A DNA stretch of 64,000 bases from the human T2T-CHM13v2.0 reference genome, Homo sapiens. A program made the position numbers and the translations under genes. Under the pieces are notes generated by a model. That model ran no database searches, was not told the DNA's origin, and worked only from the letters and a program-made list of their open reading frames with translations. Below are positions 34,703 through 53,239 of this stretch, in pieces (position 1 is the stretch's first letter; the number at the start of each line of letters is the position of its first letter). The DNA is taken from assembly GCF_009914755.1 (NCBI RefSeq), contig NC_060935.1; one strand, written 5' to 3'.

Positions 34703-36279
34703 AAGAACTTATAAAGTTTCTCTCAGATAAATAAAGAATTATCTCAACTCCGAGAATCAGAGCTGAGACATGAGAAATCATAAGAAGGTAACAGTTTGAG
34801 TCTAGGTCGGTTAAACTTAACAACTATTAGATTTAAGGTATTAATATACCTGACAAGGAAACTTGTCACTTAGGAGAAAATATATTTCAACTGTAAAAGC
34901 AGAAAATAGTAAGTCTCCAAAGAACTGTGTTGACCACTCCAGGCCAGAGGAGCCCTAGGGTAAAGTCATATCTCTGCAGCAATTATTTTTATGGTGGTGG
35001 ATGCATCAGACTATCTTAGGTTTAAACCATTAATTGCTACCATATACTTAACTTTTCTGATTCTAGAATTTTCAATGACTAAAAAATTAGGATTTGGCTG
35101 CCTAGAATGACACCTCCAGAAGATGATGTTAGACATAAGTGACATGAACATTTAGATCCCTCTGCAATTACCTTGTTTATCATATATTCATATATATTTT
35201 TACATTGTAATTTGTTTTAACCAGTATATCTAGGATACAACCAATATTAAGACTTGATACTTTGTAATTTCTGAGTTTGAAAGAACTTCCCAGCCAGCGG
35301 ATACTTCACAGACTGAGCCTCATAGCTGGCTGTCAGCCAGCCAGACTCAGCATAACTTCTACCATACAAGTATTGCTAGCAAAACCAATTCATCTGAAAA
35401 TTCCCATTGGGTCATCCCCAGTGGAATCAGATATCCAAATTAAAGTTTCTGGCTTTGTTTTAGCAAATGCATTAATGTGTGGCAAGAAATAACATTATTC
35501 CAGGTAACAATTATTCAGAACCACGTTTGCATGTCTCATGGTTCCAGGCATTATTTTCCCCCTCATAGACTTTGAGGTGAACCATTTCTTTGTCTCTTCC
35601 TCTGTGGACTTTATTGTCAGTACCTGAATGTCTCCTTCCCAAGCATCACATGACGGCCTTTCCCAGTCCACTTACATACTTGTCTCTCTTAAGGCAGGAG
35701 CTCCGTCCACATTACCCACTGAGTTCTTCACTCAGCACAGGAACCATACTTTATCTTTCTGGAGGAGCTGACATCTTCTGAATATTTTACGTCGTGTATA
35801 TATTCCTTTTAGAGTTATAAAATAAAGTAACAATTATCAACTTGCCAATAAACTATTTAAGGAATATAAAAAAGGATTCTGGACTTTCTGGAGTGAAACA
35901 AGCCTGGTTTAAATCCCGCTGCCATCACTTCATAACCTTCAACAAGTCATTTTCCCTTTTTAAGACTGTGTTTCATCATGTATGAAATGATATTTTCTCA
36001 AAGATTTATTTTGAAGATTAAGGAGTTTATTCCTATAAAGTATAGGCCAAAATGCTTGGCACAGAGCAGATGTTTATTAAATATTATTATTTCAATACAA
36101 AAAATCTTTGGTACATCTTGTGGTCAGGTTGGTAACTGGATTGAGAAACAGAGAACAGATAGGTCTGTCAGGGCTGACCAAAGGTTCAGGGACATTTTTA
36201 ACAGCAGGTGATATGGACAACTCCAAACATACCACTGGAGAAAGTATGGTATCCAGAAAAACCTTCTGTCAGAAGGGAC

Positions 36280-37190
36280 ATTAGCAACATAATGAAGTAG
36301 AAGTTTCCAGCTGCTATCCCCCTAGAGAAACACCAATTTTGCCAACTACCCATAAACAAGAATACCTTTGTGGGAGCCCTGGAGTCCAGATGAGAGGTTC
36401 TAGCACTACAGTGGAGAAAAATATTCAAGAGTGGATGCACTGAACGAGTTCATCACCACTAGACCAGCCATACAAGAAATGCTGAAAACAGTTCTTCAAG
36501 TTGAAATGACAGGACTATAATTAGCAACATAAAAATGTATGAAAGCATGAAACTCACTGGTAAAGGTAAGTATAAAGTCAACATCAGAATAATGGTGTAA
36601 TGGTAATGTGTAACTCACTTTTAATCTTAGTATAAAAGTTAAAAAAACAAATTTTAAAAATATCTATATGATAATTTGCTAAGGGATACACAGTGTATTA
36701 AGTTATAAATTGTGACATTAGTAACACAAAATGTGTAGGTGAGGAGAAGTAAGTAAATGTAGAGTTTTTGTATGCAATTTAACTTAGGTTATCAGCTTAA
36801 AATAGACTCATGTTTTATGCAAGCTTTATGGTAATTACAAACTAAAAATCTGTAGTAGATACACAGAAGACAAAAATAAAGAGATCAATGCATATCACTA
36901 CAAAAGAAATCATCAAATCAAAAAGGAAAACAAGAAGAGAGGAAGAACCAGGAGCTACAACAGTCAGAAAACAATTAACAAAATAATGATAGTAAGTCCT
37001 TGCCTATCAATAATCACTTTAAATTAAATAGATTACATTCTCCAATCAAAACATATAGAGTGACTGAATGGATAAAACAAGATCCAACTATATACCGCCT
37101 GCAAAAGACTCACTTTAGCTTTAAGGACACGCATAGGCTGAAAGTGAAGAGATAGAAAAGTTATTCTCCATAAAATTTGTAAGCAAAATA
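36280..37190 (+). mobile_element. Old L1M fragment (ORF1 end, inter-ORF spacer, start of ORF2 endonuclease)
   Basis: gttcatcaccactagacc...caagaaatgctgaa (ORF1 C-terminus) and tagtaagtcct...tcaataatcactttaaat...caagatccaactata (EN start). Confidence 0.7.
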
Positions 37191-37193
37191 CAG

Positions 37194-40400
<3,207 letters not shown>

Positions 40401-41763
40401 TTCAAGTTGACAGGGAAATTAGGGGATGACAGGGCACAAAGTTCAACTGCTTGACCTTCTGACCTAGGTTTTCTTAAATGATGTCTATGAAAAATTGGCC
40501 CCAGTGCCTCCCTATCCTGTTTTAATGTGGAGATATGATAGTACAGCCATTCAAAATAGCATTTAAATTGTTAAGCTCAAGCCTTTGGTTACTCTTTGAC
40601 CTATTTCTGTGAATAGGTCTCTTAGACCTATTTCTGTGAATAATTCTATCTCTGTGAATTTATGAAAACAGGATTTATAAGTTTGGATCAGCTCTGGGCC
40701 CCACTCTTGTTTCTGTCTGCACAGTAGACCTGGATGATACCATTCATGGCTTTCAGCAACACCCACAGATACTTAGGAACAGCAACTCTACATCACTGGG
40801 TTAGACAAATAATCCAGTATTTTTTATGTTCCTCTGAATATGCCCAGAACTTAAACTTGTCATCTCCACTTGAAGTCTAACAGGGACCTCAACTAGCAGG
40901 GTCAAAACAGTATTTTTTATATTCCTCTGAAAAGCGTCTTCCTCCAGTTATTCTCCTTCTTAAAGGCCACTATCCTCTTAACTGCACAAGTCAAAAAGCC
41001 TTCTGTCCCATGTTAATTCCATCAGCAAGCCCTTTCTACCAAGCCTTAAAAATATGTCCTGAATCTATCACCCTATCAGTACTATTATGACACAAGTCTA
41101 AACAATCTCTTCCCTGGACTTCTGCAGATCCAAGTACTAGCTTGTCAGCTTCCACTCTTGCCCTCACCACCCACTGCCAACTTAACAGCCAAGGGAAATG
41201 AGTTCATTTCACTATCTTAATTAAATTCCCATCTGTGACTAGGACTCCCGTGGTCCTGATAATACAGTAATGAGAACATGGAATATGTAATCTACTCTGC
41301 AAAGAATTGCCTTTTATTTTGGCAAATAGGCTCTAGAGTGCTGATGTGATCCCTGCCTAGCCTAGTGGTATAAGAGACAGTGAGCTCACAATCCCGGCCC
41401 TTTGACCTGCTAGACCATTTTGCAAAGGACACAGTGACCAAATTATGTGCACCTTTGTGAGAATTATGGAAGCAATGGGGATCTACGCCCACCTACTCTT
41501 CTGTGTATTTAATTTCACATAACTTTTGCCCTGCTTCTTTGCTCTTGCAGTAGTAAACCCAACTGAAAGCTACTTGAAACCGTTCTAAATCACCATGCTC
41601 ACTAATATCTATCTCAGACCATAGTGCCCTATGTGATCTGAAGTATATAAGTAAAAGGATTAACAAAACTCCTCTGTTGCATGAGAATCTGATTTTCAGT
41701 TAAACTTACTGGCTCTGTTTCCCTGAAAAACAGACAACTGTAAAATACCAATTATATTGCTAG

Positions 41764-42283
41764 TGTGAAAACTGTCGGTACCAAAATGGAGTCATTCATG
41801 TCAAAATCAAACTAAATGGAGCCAGAAGATCCATTTAGTTTGGGACCTTCATAAAAGGAGGGTCCTCATGTATATTTGCCTGATAACAAGAACTGTCATA
41901 AGAGACTCTGCCAAAACCACACCTTGCAATTAAGCCGCTTCGACGAGGACATCTTTCCAGTAATAGTCCTAATTGCGGCCTTGCAAGTAGCTTTACTAAA
42001 CCACAACCCTGTAGTCATGTCACTTCTATGAAGACCCACTCCTAACTATGGTCAGTGCACATGTCACCAACTGTGGGAAGCCCCTATGACCAATGAACTT
42101 TTGTTTCAAAACGACCTTCATATACTTCTCCTTTTTGCCTTTAAAAGTTTCCCTTGCCTCCACCTCCCTGAATATGCCTATGATCTGTCATAGCATGCAT
42201 ATCCCAGGTTATAGTCCTGTTTATTCCTGAACAAAGTAATTTATTTGGGAAGCTTGTCTCTCTGCCATTATTTTAGGTTGACA
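41764..42283 (+). mobile_element. ERV1-class solo LTR (MER34/MER39-like)
   Basis: TG...CA termini, ends ttattttaggttgaca; 4-bp TSD CTAG at 41760-41763 and 42284-42287. Confidence 0.75.
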
Positions 42284-43111
42284 CTAGGCAGCATTGCCTG
42301 TGATAGAAATGACCCTTGATTGGCAAACTTGTCTGAATGGGAAGAAGTTATAATGAATCATAAATACCTGTTGGAGATTCCATAGTTTGGGCAGCCCTGA
42401 GTTTGGGGAAATTATAATAAGGCATTTCTTGCAGAGTCTAGAACATAGGTGTATGGAGGGCTGAAAAGCCTGTTAGCTACTATGGGGCACCAGGACTTAA
42501 CCTGCAGCCTCTCTCTGACTTGCCTGATACAGATTTTGACTCCTTACACCTGGGAGAAAATGACTTCTGGGTGGCTATACTAACCTATGCCTGGGCTACA
42601 ATAAGAACTCCCACCAAAAGAGGAATGCCTGATTCTGCCCTACTGGTGATTTTTGCTTTGTTTCCTGTGTCCTTCGAGTAGATTCGGGCTAAATGTGGCT
42701 TACGATAGTCTTAAAAGTTTATTTAAATAAATCAAATAAAATCCTGATGGGAGTAGCAAAAGTTACCTTCTTATTATACTCAGGATAAAATCCAAGTTCC
42801 TTGACTAGCTCTAAAGCCTCCCATAGTTGCACTCCTGCCTGTTTCCTTGACTTCCTCTTGCTGATAATTTTCCTCTTGTCTAAGAAGCTTGACCACACTG
42901 GCTTCTCTTCTCCTTCTAGAACACACCAAGCGCCCAACTTACCCTTAAAGCTGCCACAGTAGCTGTTTCCTAAGACTTTATAACAAGATTGTCCCTTTTA
43001 ATTATTCAGATCACGTTCTCACTAATTCACTATCCTATCACTATATTTTGATTATATGCACAGAATTTACCATTGTGTGATATTTTCTTCTTTGCTTATT
43101 AATTTCTCCCT

Positions 43112-43342
43112 GTTTATTATTATACTTTAAGTTCTAGGGTACATGTGCACAACGTGCAGGTTTGTTACATAGGTATACATGTTCCATGTTGGTTTGCTGC
43201 ACCCATGAACTGGTCATTTACATTAGGTATTTCTTCTACTGCTATCCCTCCCCCAGCGCCCCCAACCCCCGACAGGCCCGGTGTGTGATGTTCCCCGCCC
43301 TGTGTCCATGTGTTCTCATTGTTCAACTCCCACCTGTGAGTG
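43112..43342 (-). mobile_element. Short L1PA 3' end (L1PA7/8-like)
   Basis: L1 3'UTR reverse complement; TSD AATTTCTCCCT at 43101-43111 and 43343-43353. Confidence 0.88.
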
Positions 43343-46300
43343 AATTTCTCCCTTTCTTTAATCTTGCACATTTAATCTCATCAGAAAGCTTTGTAAATTC
43401 TATCTCCAAAATATGTTCTCATTTGTCCACTTCTTGTCATACACACGTCAGGAACCCTATTCTAAGCCAGTACCATCTCTCACTTGAATGACTACAGGGG
43501 TCTTCAGATTGGCTCTGCTTCTCCGCTTGTCACTCTCTCATTCATTCTCTGTGTAATAAGTTGAGAATCAATGTCTCTACATGGGTGACAAAGCCTTCCT
43601 GACCTTGCACTCACCTGTCTTTCCCACATCACCTTGAAGCACTCTCCCTCTCATTCTCTGTACTCCAGACCCACTGGCCTTGTTTAAATTTTTCCATGAA
43701 TGTATCGAGCTCCAGTCAAAATCAGGATTCTCTTTTATCCTTTCTCCTTTGCATGAGACATTTTTCCCCTAGCTCTTTGAATGTCTGGCTTCCTTTCACC
43801 TTTCAAATCTCTGTATAAATACTTCCTCCACAGAGATTCTATCATTCTAAAAATACATCCCTCCTCCTGCCATATGCACTAGCAATTTCCTGCATGAAAT
43901 TTGTTGTAATTATAAACCAATAATCATTTGTGTAATAGAAGTGAGAGAAGAATGTGGTCTCTAGAAAGACCGGTTCAAATTCCAACTCCAGCTCAACCAT
44001 TCCTTCACATGCTACCTAATCTTGGACTAGACACTTTACCTTCTTATGCCTTAGTTTACTTACCTGTAAAAATAGGTGTAATTATAGAGCCTACCTTACA
44101 GGGTTTCTGTAAGAAATAAATGAATATATGCAAAGGCTATAGAACAGTGCCTAGTTTTCCGTGAGATCTCTTTAAGAGTTAACTGAAATATGTCATTGCC
44201 ACTATATTTTAAACTCCTTAGGGTAGGAAACATATCTAATCTTGTTCGCCATTGTATTCCTAGCACCAAACATCATTTCTTACATACAATATGTGCAGGA
44301 AATATTTATTGAACTGTGAGTGTCAAAGGGTAATAACTTGGAAAAATTCATGATATATTACCAAGTTAAAAAGGTAGGTTATGAAACTATGCACAGTACA
44401 ATCATAGTTGTATTAAAATATATAAAAGTACAAACATCATAGTATTGGTAGTGCTATCTGTGTAGTGAATTTTTCTATATTCTTATTTTACCTATCTTAT
44501 GTACAACTTACATACATACAAATTATTAGAAGAGTAGAGGCTTTGCAACTATTTATCAAAGATGCATACACTCGATTGCATGAGCATCTATTAACAAAGA
44601 TCTGAAGTAATAACACAGCAACTGGTAATAGCACAGTTTCATCACAGTCTAATTCACCCAGAAAATATAATGAAAAAAACTGTCATTCAAAATAACAATC
44701 AAAAAATGTCACGTGTAAATAAACCCAAATGCGTAAAGCTTATTTGAAGAAACTACACTTTTTTTTACAAAGAAATAAAGTTTAAATAGAAATATTCCCT
44801 ATTTTAAAAGGAAAGACTGCCTATTGCAAATTCCTCAACATGTTCCAATTTATAATAAAAAGCCAATCAAAATCTCATTTGGCCTTTTCTGAAATTTGAC
44901 ATCTGCTATAAAGTGTACTTGGAAAAATAGACAAAATTAGCCAATGGTATCTTGCAATGTCAGGCATTATTCTTTTTGTCATTAAATATTTCAAAGTTAA
45001 AATAATTGAGGAAGTGTAGTATTAGATAAAATAAAAAGCAAAGAAACAAAAACATCTATGCATATGTAGGCTATGGTAATGACGACATTTCAGTCTAGTG
45101 TAGATACTCGCAGGACTCGGGGGTAAAAATTTCAATATCACAAATTCTGCCCTGCTCTACTTTTTGAGGGGTAAGGATTAAAGCATAAATTAAATTAACT
45201 TGATTTATTGCAGTGATTAAGAGTATGGGCTCTGGAATTAGACTGTCTAATCCTGGCTGTAATATGAAGTGCTTTATAGCTTTAAGTGATGTACTTCCCC
45301 TCTTCATTTGCCTCAGCTGCCCTCATCCATAAACTAGGGATACTACTAATATCTGCGCTAAAGGACTATTGTGTGGAATCCGATGGTAAAAGCTTGGAAC
45401 AGAGCCTGACATATAGTAAAGCCTCAATAAGTGTTAGCTAAAATTAATATTAAATAAATACAAGTATTGAAGCCCTAAAACATATAGAAAAAAAATATGG
45501 GCATGTGTTTATGATGAAGATATTAGTTTTGTTTTTTTAAAGAAAAAAAAGAAATAACACTGATGCTTAAAAGCACTTTTTATGGTTTGGATACCTTTCT
45601 CCTTAACTGCCGTCTACTTTCCTGGCTAATTGTTATCCACATCAGCTCTCAGTACTGCAGACTTTAACACGGCTTGTTTTTCTGCTTTCTAGCAAATCTC
45701 TTGGTCTGAAGAAAGAGTACAATTTCTTTGGAAAGGGCCATGCAGTAGGCCCAGCATGACCAAAACTCTGTGACTCTATCTTCTCTTCGCCACCTGTATA
45801 ACCCCCTTGTCATGTCCTTCCACAACTCAGATTTGATCTTGGGCCATGGCTGATAGAGTGTAAGAACAGGGACAGCAGATGGGAAGTCCTAGGAGGCCTG
45901 CTCTTTCAGCAACATCAGCCTGCAGGGACCTCCTCCCCCTAAAATTCTCATAGCCTTTATTTTCCCAAGCACAAGCTTTGGTCCTGTGACATCTTTAATT
46001 TGATTTGTATCTATCCAGTGTCCCCAGTCACTTCCTCATTTGTTTTCTAACTTAGTCACTCATTGTTTAACACTCCTTCAATCACTGATTGCACACTTTC
46101 CACGTACCAGGCCCTACCTTAGCTGCTAGGTAGAAGACAGTGACCCTCCCTGCCCCAGAAGCCTCCTCCTCCTGGATTCACCACCTTGGAGCCAGGCATG
46201 AGGCTGATGAGTTTACTCTTTAATGAAGCTAGAGCAAGGATTCCAAGCACCCAGTCAATTGTGAAGAGCTCTAAGAGGTTATGGCAAGAGAATTATCCAC

Positions 46301-46388
46301 TAAATGAACACTCTTCTCCCTAGCTAAGACTTTTAGACCCAATTCACCTGGTGTCTTCCCTGATGAGCAGGGCTTAACTTCAAAGGAG

Positions 46389-46630
46389 CCTCAGGTTTTC
46401 TTTGGCCCAGATGAAAGGCAGATAAAAACAGTAACATTTCTTCCCATTAGGTGTTTTTTTGTTTTGTTTTGTTTTTGCTTTTTTCCTCAGACCCACCTGG
46501 CCTTCCAATTAACAGGACTTCACTTCATATGACCCTCAGGTTTTCTTTGGCTCAAATGGAAGGCAGATAAATGCAGTAACATTGCTATTAGGTTTTTTGT
46601 TTTTTTCCTCAGACCTATCTGGACTTCCAA
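46389..46630. repeat. Local diverged direct duplication (46389-46508 and 46534-46630)
   Basis: Both copies read cctcaggttttctttggc.ca.atg.aaggcagataaa..cagtaacatt...ttttcctcagacc.a.ctgg.cttccaa. Confidence 0.9.
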
Positions 46631-46827
46631 GGATGGAAATTTGGGGTTCAATGTATATCTTCCCCAGTCAGAGGCAGACCCAGAGAACTCACCTCATGAA
46701 CGGAAGAAAATGGAGAGGCAAGACTTTCCTCTTCATTTCCCCTAGCACCACCATAAACAATAGGTTTTTCTTTAATCTGGACAAAAACTATCCCCTAATG
46801 GGGAGTGGAGTGAGGGGAAACTGAAGC

Positions 46828-47186
46828 TGTATTTGTCCGTTTTCACGCTGCTAATGAAGATATACCCGAGACTGGGCAATTTATAAAAGAAAGAGGTTTA
46901 CCGGACTTACAGTTCCACATAGCTGGGGAGGCCTCACAACCATGGCCAGGAGAAGCAAGTCACATCCTACTGGAATGGCAGCAGGCAAAAAGAGAGCTTG
47001 TGTAGAGCAACTCCGGTTTTTAAAACCATCAGATCTCGTGAGACCCATTCACTGTCACGAGAACAGCATGGGAAAGACCCACCCCCATGATTCAATCATC
47101 TCACACCAGGTCCCTCCCACAACAGGTGGGAATTATGGGAGCTACAAGATGAGATTTGGGTGGGGCCACAGAGCCAAATCATATCA
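46828..47186 (-). mobile_element. THE1 (MaLR) solo LTR
   Basis: Minus strand starts TGATATGATTTGGCTCTGTGGCCCCACCCAAATCTCATCTTG and ends ...AATACA; 359 bp. Confidence 0.92.
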
Positions 47187-48932
47187 GGAACCTTGTGCTC
47201 CACCTAAACATTGAAACCTAAATCGCTAGAATAAATGTTTTCCCAAAGGCTGCTTTTATCTCCTTTAAACCGTGTGCTAGCAGCTCTAAGTTACACAGGC
47301 TGATCAAAATATCCTGAGCTCCAAGTAGAGGTTCCCTCTCTCCCAGTACTGAGTCTCTGACATCTAAACACACACCACAGCCACTTTTAGGTATCCCCCA
47401 TCAAGACCTCTTTACTTCCTTGATAGGAAAATACTGTGAATGTTTCTTAGGTTTACACTTCCATTTTGCGATGAAACTCTGATTTAACAGACTGTGTTTT
47501 GTATGTATGCTTGTACATATGTACATAGAATATACCCATGTGAAGACATATTTAAGTGGATGTGTATTGTGTGTTTGTGCGTTTCTCTACAGTGGGTTTA
47601 CCTGACACATTTGTGTGCATATGGACTGGAAAGCATTATTTACTGGCTTGATTTATGAATTGCAACACTTTTACCCTAGAAGTACATGGTTAATGGAAGG
47701 CATCCTTGAATGCAAACAAGGATCTAGTCTGAGATCCCAAGGGCATCTTCTATGTGTTATGCACCTCCTACCTCAGTGCCTTTGTACATAATAGCTCTTC
47801 TGCAGGAAAGCTCTTCCCTCCGCCTTGAAAGCTTTACCTACTTAATTCTTACCACTTTTTGGATTCTAGTTTGCAGTACACACTCACAGAAGCCTTTCCT
47901 TTCTCCCCAGACTAGATCAAGACCCTGTTCATGCTATTTCACAGCTCCTCATCTTTTTCTTTACACCATTTCTCATAGTTTGTAATTATATATAATGTGA
48001 ATTATATAGTCACAATTTGCACAATTCTTGCTATAAGATCATAAATTCATTGAGGCAGGGCAGTGAGTAAAACTCTTTTGCTCATATTGAATTCCTAATA
48101 GCTAGCAAAATGCTATACACAAAGTATGTCTTCAGTTTTGAGCTTGAAGTTGCAAAAAATTAACTCTCTGGATCTGGCTACAAGGGACTGTATAAAGTCG
48201 GTAAGATTCAGGAATCTGAGAAGTCACCCTGACTCCTTTGCTGCTCTATCTCTATCTGCTTAGAGATCAGCATCAAATCCTGGAAGTGAAAGCTGCTTGG
48301 GGGATAGTCTTCAGGGGAGATAAAAATAAGAAACTATAACCACTTTTCAGTCAGGCTAGTGGTAGGGAGCTCGGAAAACCAGAGCACCTGGTAGCAGCTA
48401 CTACAGGACACAAAATCTGAAGAAACGCTGAAAGAACACTGGGAAAGTTGCAGGCCTCGACCTTCAAAAGGTTGCAGCAACATTTCCTCCTCTGTTCTTC
48501 ATACCTGTGAGTCTTCTAACTTCAGACCTTTTAGTTTCCCTCCAAGTCCTTCCATCCATGTAGAGACAGCCCTTATCACTACTTCTTCTCCCATATCCAT
48601 CCTTTTTCTCATAGCCCACATGAATGAGACTCAGGCAAGAGTTCACATTGGAAATTGGGTGTAATTGCATCTCAAGATAGGCATAAGCAGAGCTTAGACT
48701 GGGGCCCCCCAGTGGTATAGTGGTACAAGTGGTTGACTCACACACAGCACCTCCACTATGTTTTGGCCATTAGTCTTCCTCGTTGACTCTGGAACAACAT
48801 TGCCTCCACAGCAAAGGACTTCATAGTAAATTTGGTTTATAATGCAGCTGTATTCAAAAATGGGAGAGCTAGGGAACTAGGATATGGGAAAAAGGCACAG
48901 AGGAAAACGTATGGTTTGAATGAATAAGGCTC

Positions 48933-50936
<2,004 letters not shown>

Positions 50937-51215
50937 CTAGGGGCATGGGGATTGGAGACCAAGATCATCCTTTCAGGCAATGGCAAAAGTAGGAAGGGTG
51001 AGTATGAAAAGGGTCTTGAATATCAGGATAGGGAAATCTGCAGGGTCTACATGAAAGGGGCCATGAGGTTTCTGGGGCAGGATGCTTTAGGAAGATTGCG
51101 GGATTGAGATATGTTGGAATCAGGGGAGGGAAATGCAGGGCCCTGGGAAAGAGGTCTGTAGTTGATGAATACAGGGACAAAGGTAGAAGGAAGGGCCCAG
51201 CTGGGGTGTACATAC

Positions 51216-51351
51216 CAGTCAGCTGTGGTCCCGTCCTTCTCTTTATGCAGGGCTCCAAACCTCCCTCATCTTGCTACACAGCCACCCCTGAGGCCTTCTG
51301 GGCCAGAACCCGCACTATCAGGTCCCTTCTGTGACCTCAGTGCTGACGTCA
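51216..51351 (-). promoter_or_regulatory. UBQLN3: Probable UBQLN3 non-coding exon 1 and CRE-containing promoter
   Basis: Donor CTG|GTATGT at 51216/51215; acceptor cccacag at 50923 (alternative ctag near 50937); TGACGTCA at 51344-51351 and TGACCTCA at 51332-51339. Confidence 0.7.
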
Positions 51352-51779
51352 CAGCCTCACACAGAGAAGATTCTTGAGACTTCTCTAAGGAGCTCGGGAT
51401 CCCTGGGAACTCTTGCTCTCCCATCTTTTACCACTTCTACTTCCTCCACCTCAAGTGCCTTCCTGTGGAGACTTCTGTGGAGGCTCAGACTGGGATTGGA
51501 ATGTTATAAAACATCTCTCAGTCCTCTCTGTCTCCATTCAGACCCACATTCAGCTACTTCCTGGTCCAGGGTCTTCTTCCTGGTATCCTATGTCCCAGTT
51601 TTCTGTCTTATTCAACATTAACCATGAATTCTTTACGTATTTTCAAAGTATTGATTCGCTGATGGATAGGATTTGGGGTATAAGGGAGGAGTCAAGCATG
51701 AGATAACTTTTTTTTTACTTTAAAAGAAATTGTTATCCCCAAAGGAACTCAAAGGATTGAATATTTACTAAGACAAAGA

Positions 51780-52750
51780 TTGGGAATAAGCACTTTGTCT
51801 AAATTAGCAGGTTGTTAAACAGTTTTACATACATTTGAGATGTCTATTTTACATACAAATGGAGATGTAGTATTGTAGTTTAATATTATAAGTCCAGAGT
51901 TTATTAGCATTCAAAGGGTACTTAACATCATGGACTGGTTTAGATTAGCTAGTTAGTGCATACAGGCAAAATGATAGAGATTTTAAAATCTGAGTTTTGT
52001 GGCTGTATAACATTTAGAAATCTGGAAGATCAGAAGAATTTGGCAAAGGAAACGGAGAAAAAATAAAAGAGTAAGGTAGAAAAAAAGAGAGAGAAAAGAG
52101 AAAGGCCAAAGGAAGAAGAGTTTCAAAAAGGAGAGAGTAACCAATCATGTGAAATGATGCTGCTAGGTCAGGAGGATGAGGATTGAGAATTGGCCACTGG
52201 ATTTGAAAAAATAAAGAATTGGAGACCATGATGAGACTAGCTTTGGAAGGATAGTAGAGGCAGGAAGCCTAATCAGAGTGTGTTTAAAAGCAAATGGTTT
52301 GGGAAAAAGTAGATCCAGTTAGGGCATTTTAAATGCAAGAAAGGGGATGACGGCTATGTGGGGATGTGGGGTTAAAGGCTTTTTAGATTTTTTTCTTAAG
52401 AATAGTGTAATGATGTTTATATTCTGATAGAAACAATCCAGTGAGTAGAAAAAATTGATGCATGAGAAAGGGAAAACTATTAAGTTCTTGAATAGATAAG
52501 TTAGAGAGATTGGGAGCAAGTGCCTATGTGGAGAGCTTGATTTAGGAATATGAAGTTTATTCATGATAGCAGAATGAATGGGAGGCAGAGTGTATTGGGA
52601 CAGTTGTAAGCTAGTTGGTTGATTTCATGGTAGACACAGGTAGAAGTCCCTTCTGATTATTACTGTCTTTCTTGTTGAAATAAGCACAACTTTAAGATTT
52701 AGAATAAGAAATGGATATTGAAGATCTGAGAAGAGAAAACAAGATATGAA
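51780..52750 (+). mobile_element. L2 fragment
   Basis: gtgaaatgatgctgctaggtcaggaggatgaggattgagaattggccactggattt resembles L2a. Confidence 0.65.
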
Positions 52751-52771
52751 TTGATCATCTGAAAGAATAAG

Positions 52772-53213
52772 TGTTAGGTTTTGAAAGGAAGGCAAGGCTT
52801 AAAGAAAGACACACACACAGCAAATGCAGGGTTTATGTCTAGCATAAAACCTAGAGAAGTGTGGGACCAGCCTAATGCCAGAGCCCACCACTGCTTACAG
52901 GCTGGGGTAATTTATAGGTATGGGAGGGAGGGGTCTGGGCAGTATGGCTTGCTGCCTGGCAGGATATTGATAAGATGTGCTCATGATGAGGCAGTTTGGT
53001 CCTTGTTTCTGTAGGATGTCATCGTGGTGTTCAATGGACCTTTGCGCAGCAAGATATGATAGGGATGTTGCTTTAGTTGGACCTTTGTCTGCCTTGTGGT
53101 CAGGTGGTTAGGCAGGATGTTTCTCACAGCCTGAACCCCCGTGAAATGTTTCACTTTGACCAAGGTCTGCAAAATAGTGGGAAGTTTACAAAATGGTGCA
53201 GTTTGGACTAACA
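52772..53213 (-). mobile_element. Solo ERV LTR, 442 bp (family not determined)
   Basis: Terminal inverted repeats TGTTAG...CTAACA; perfect 5-bp TSD ATAAG at 52767-52771 and 53214-53218; TATAAA on - strand near 52915. Confidence 0.85.
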
Positions 53214-53239
53214 ATAAGGTAGTGAATTAACTAGGATAG

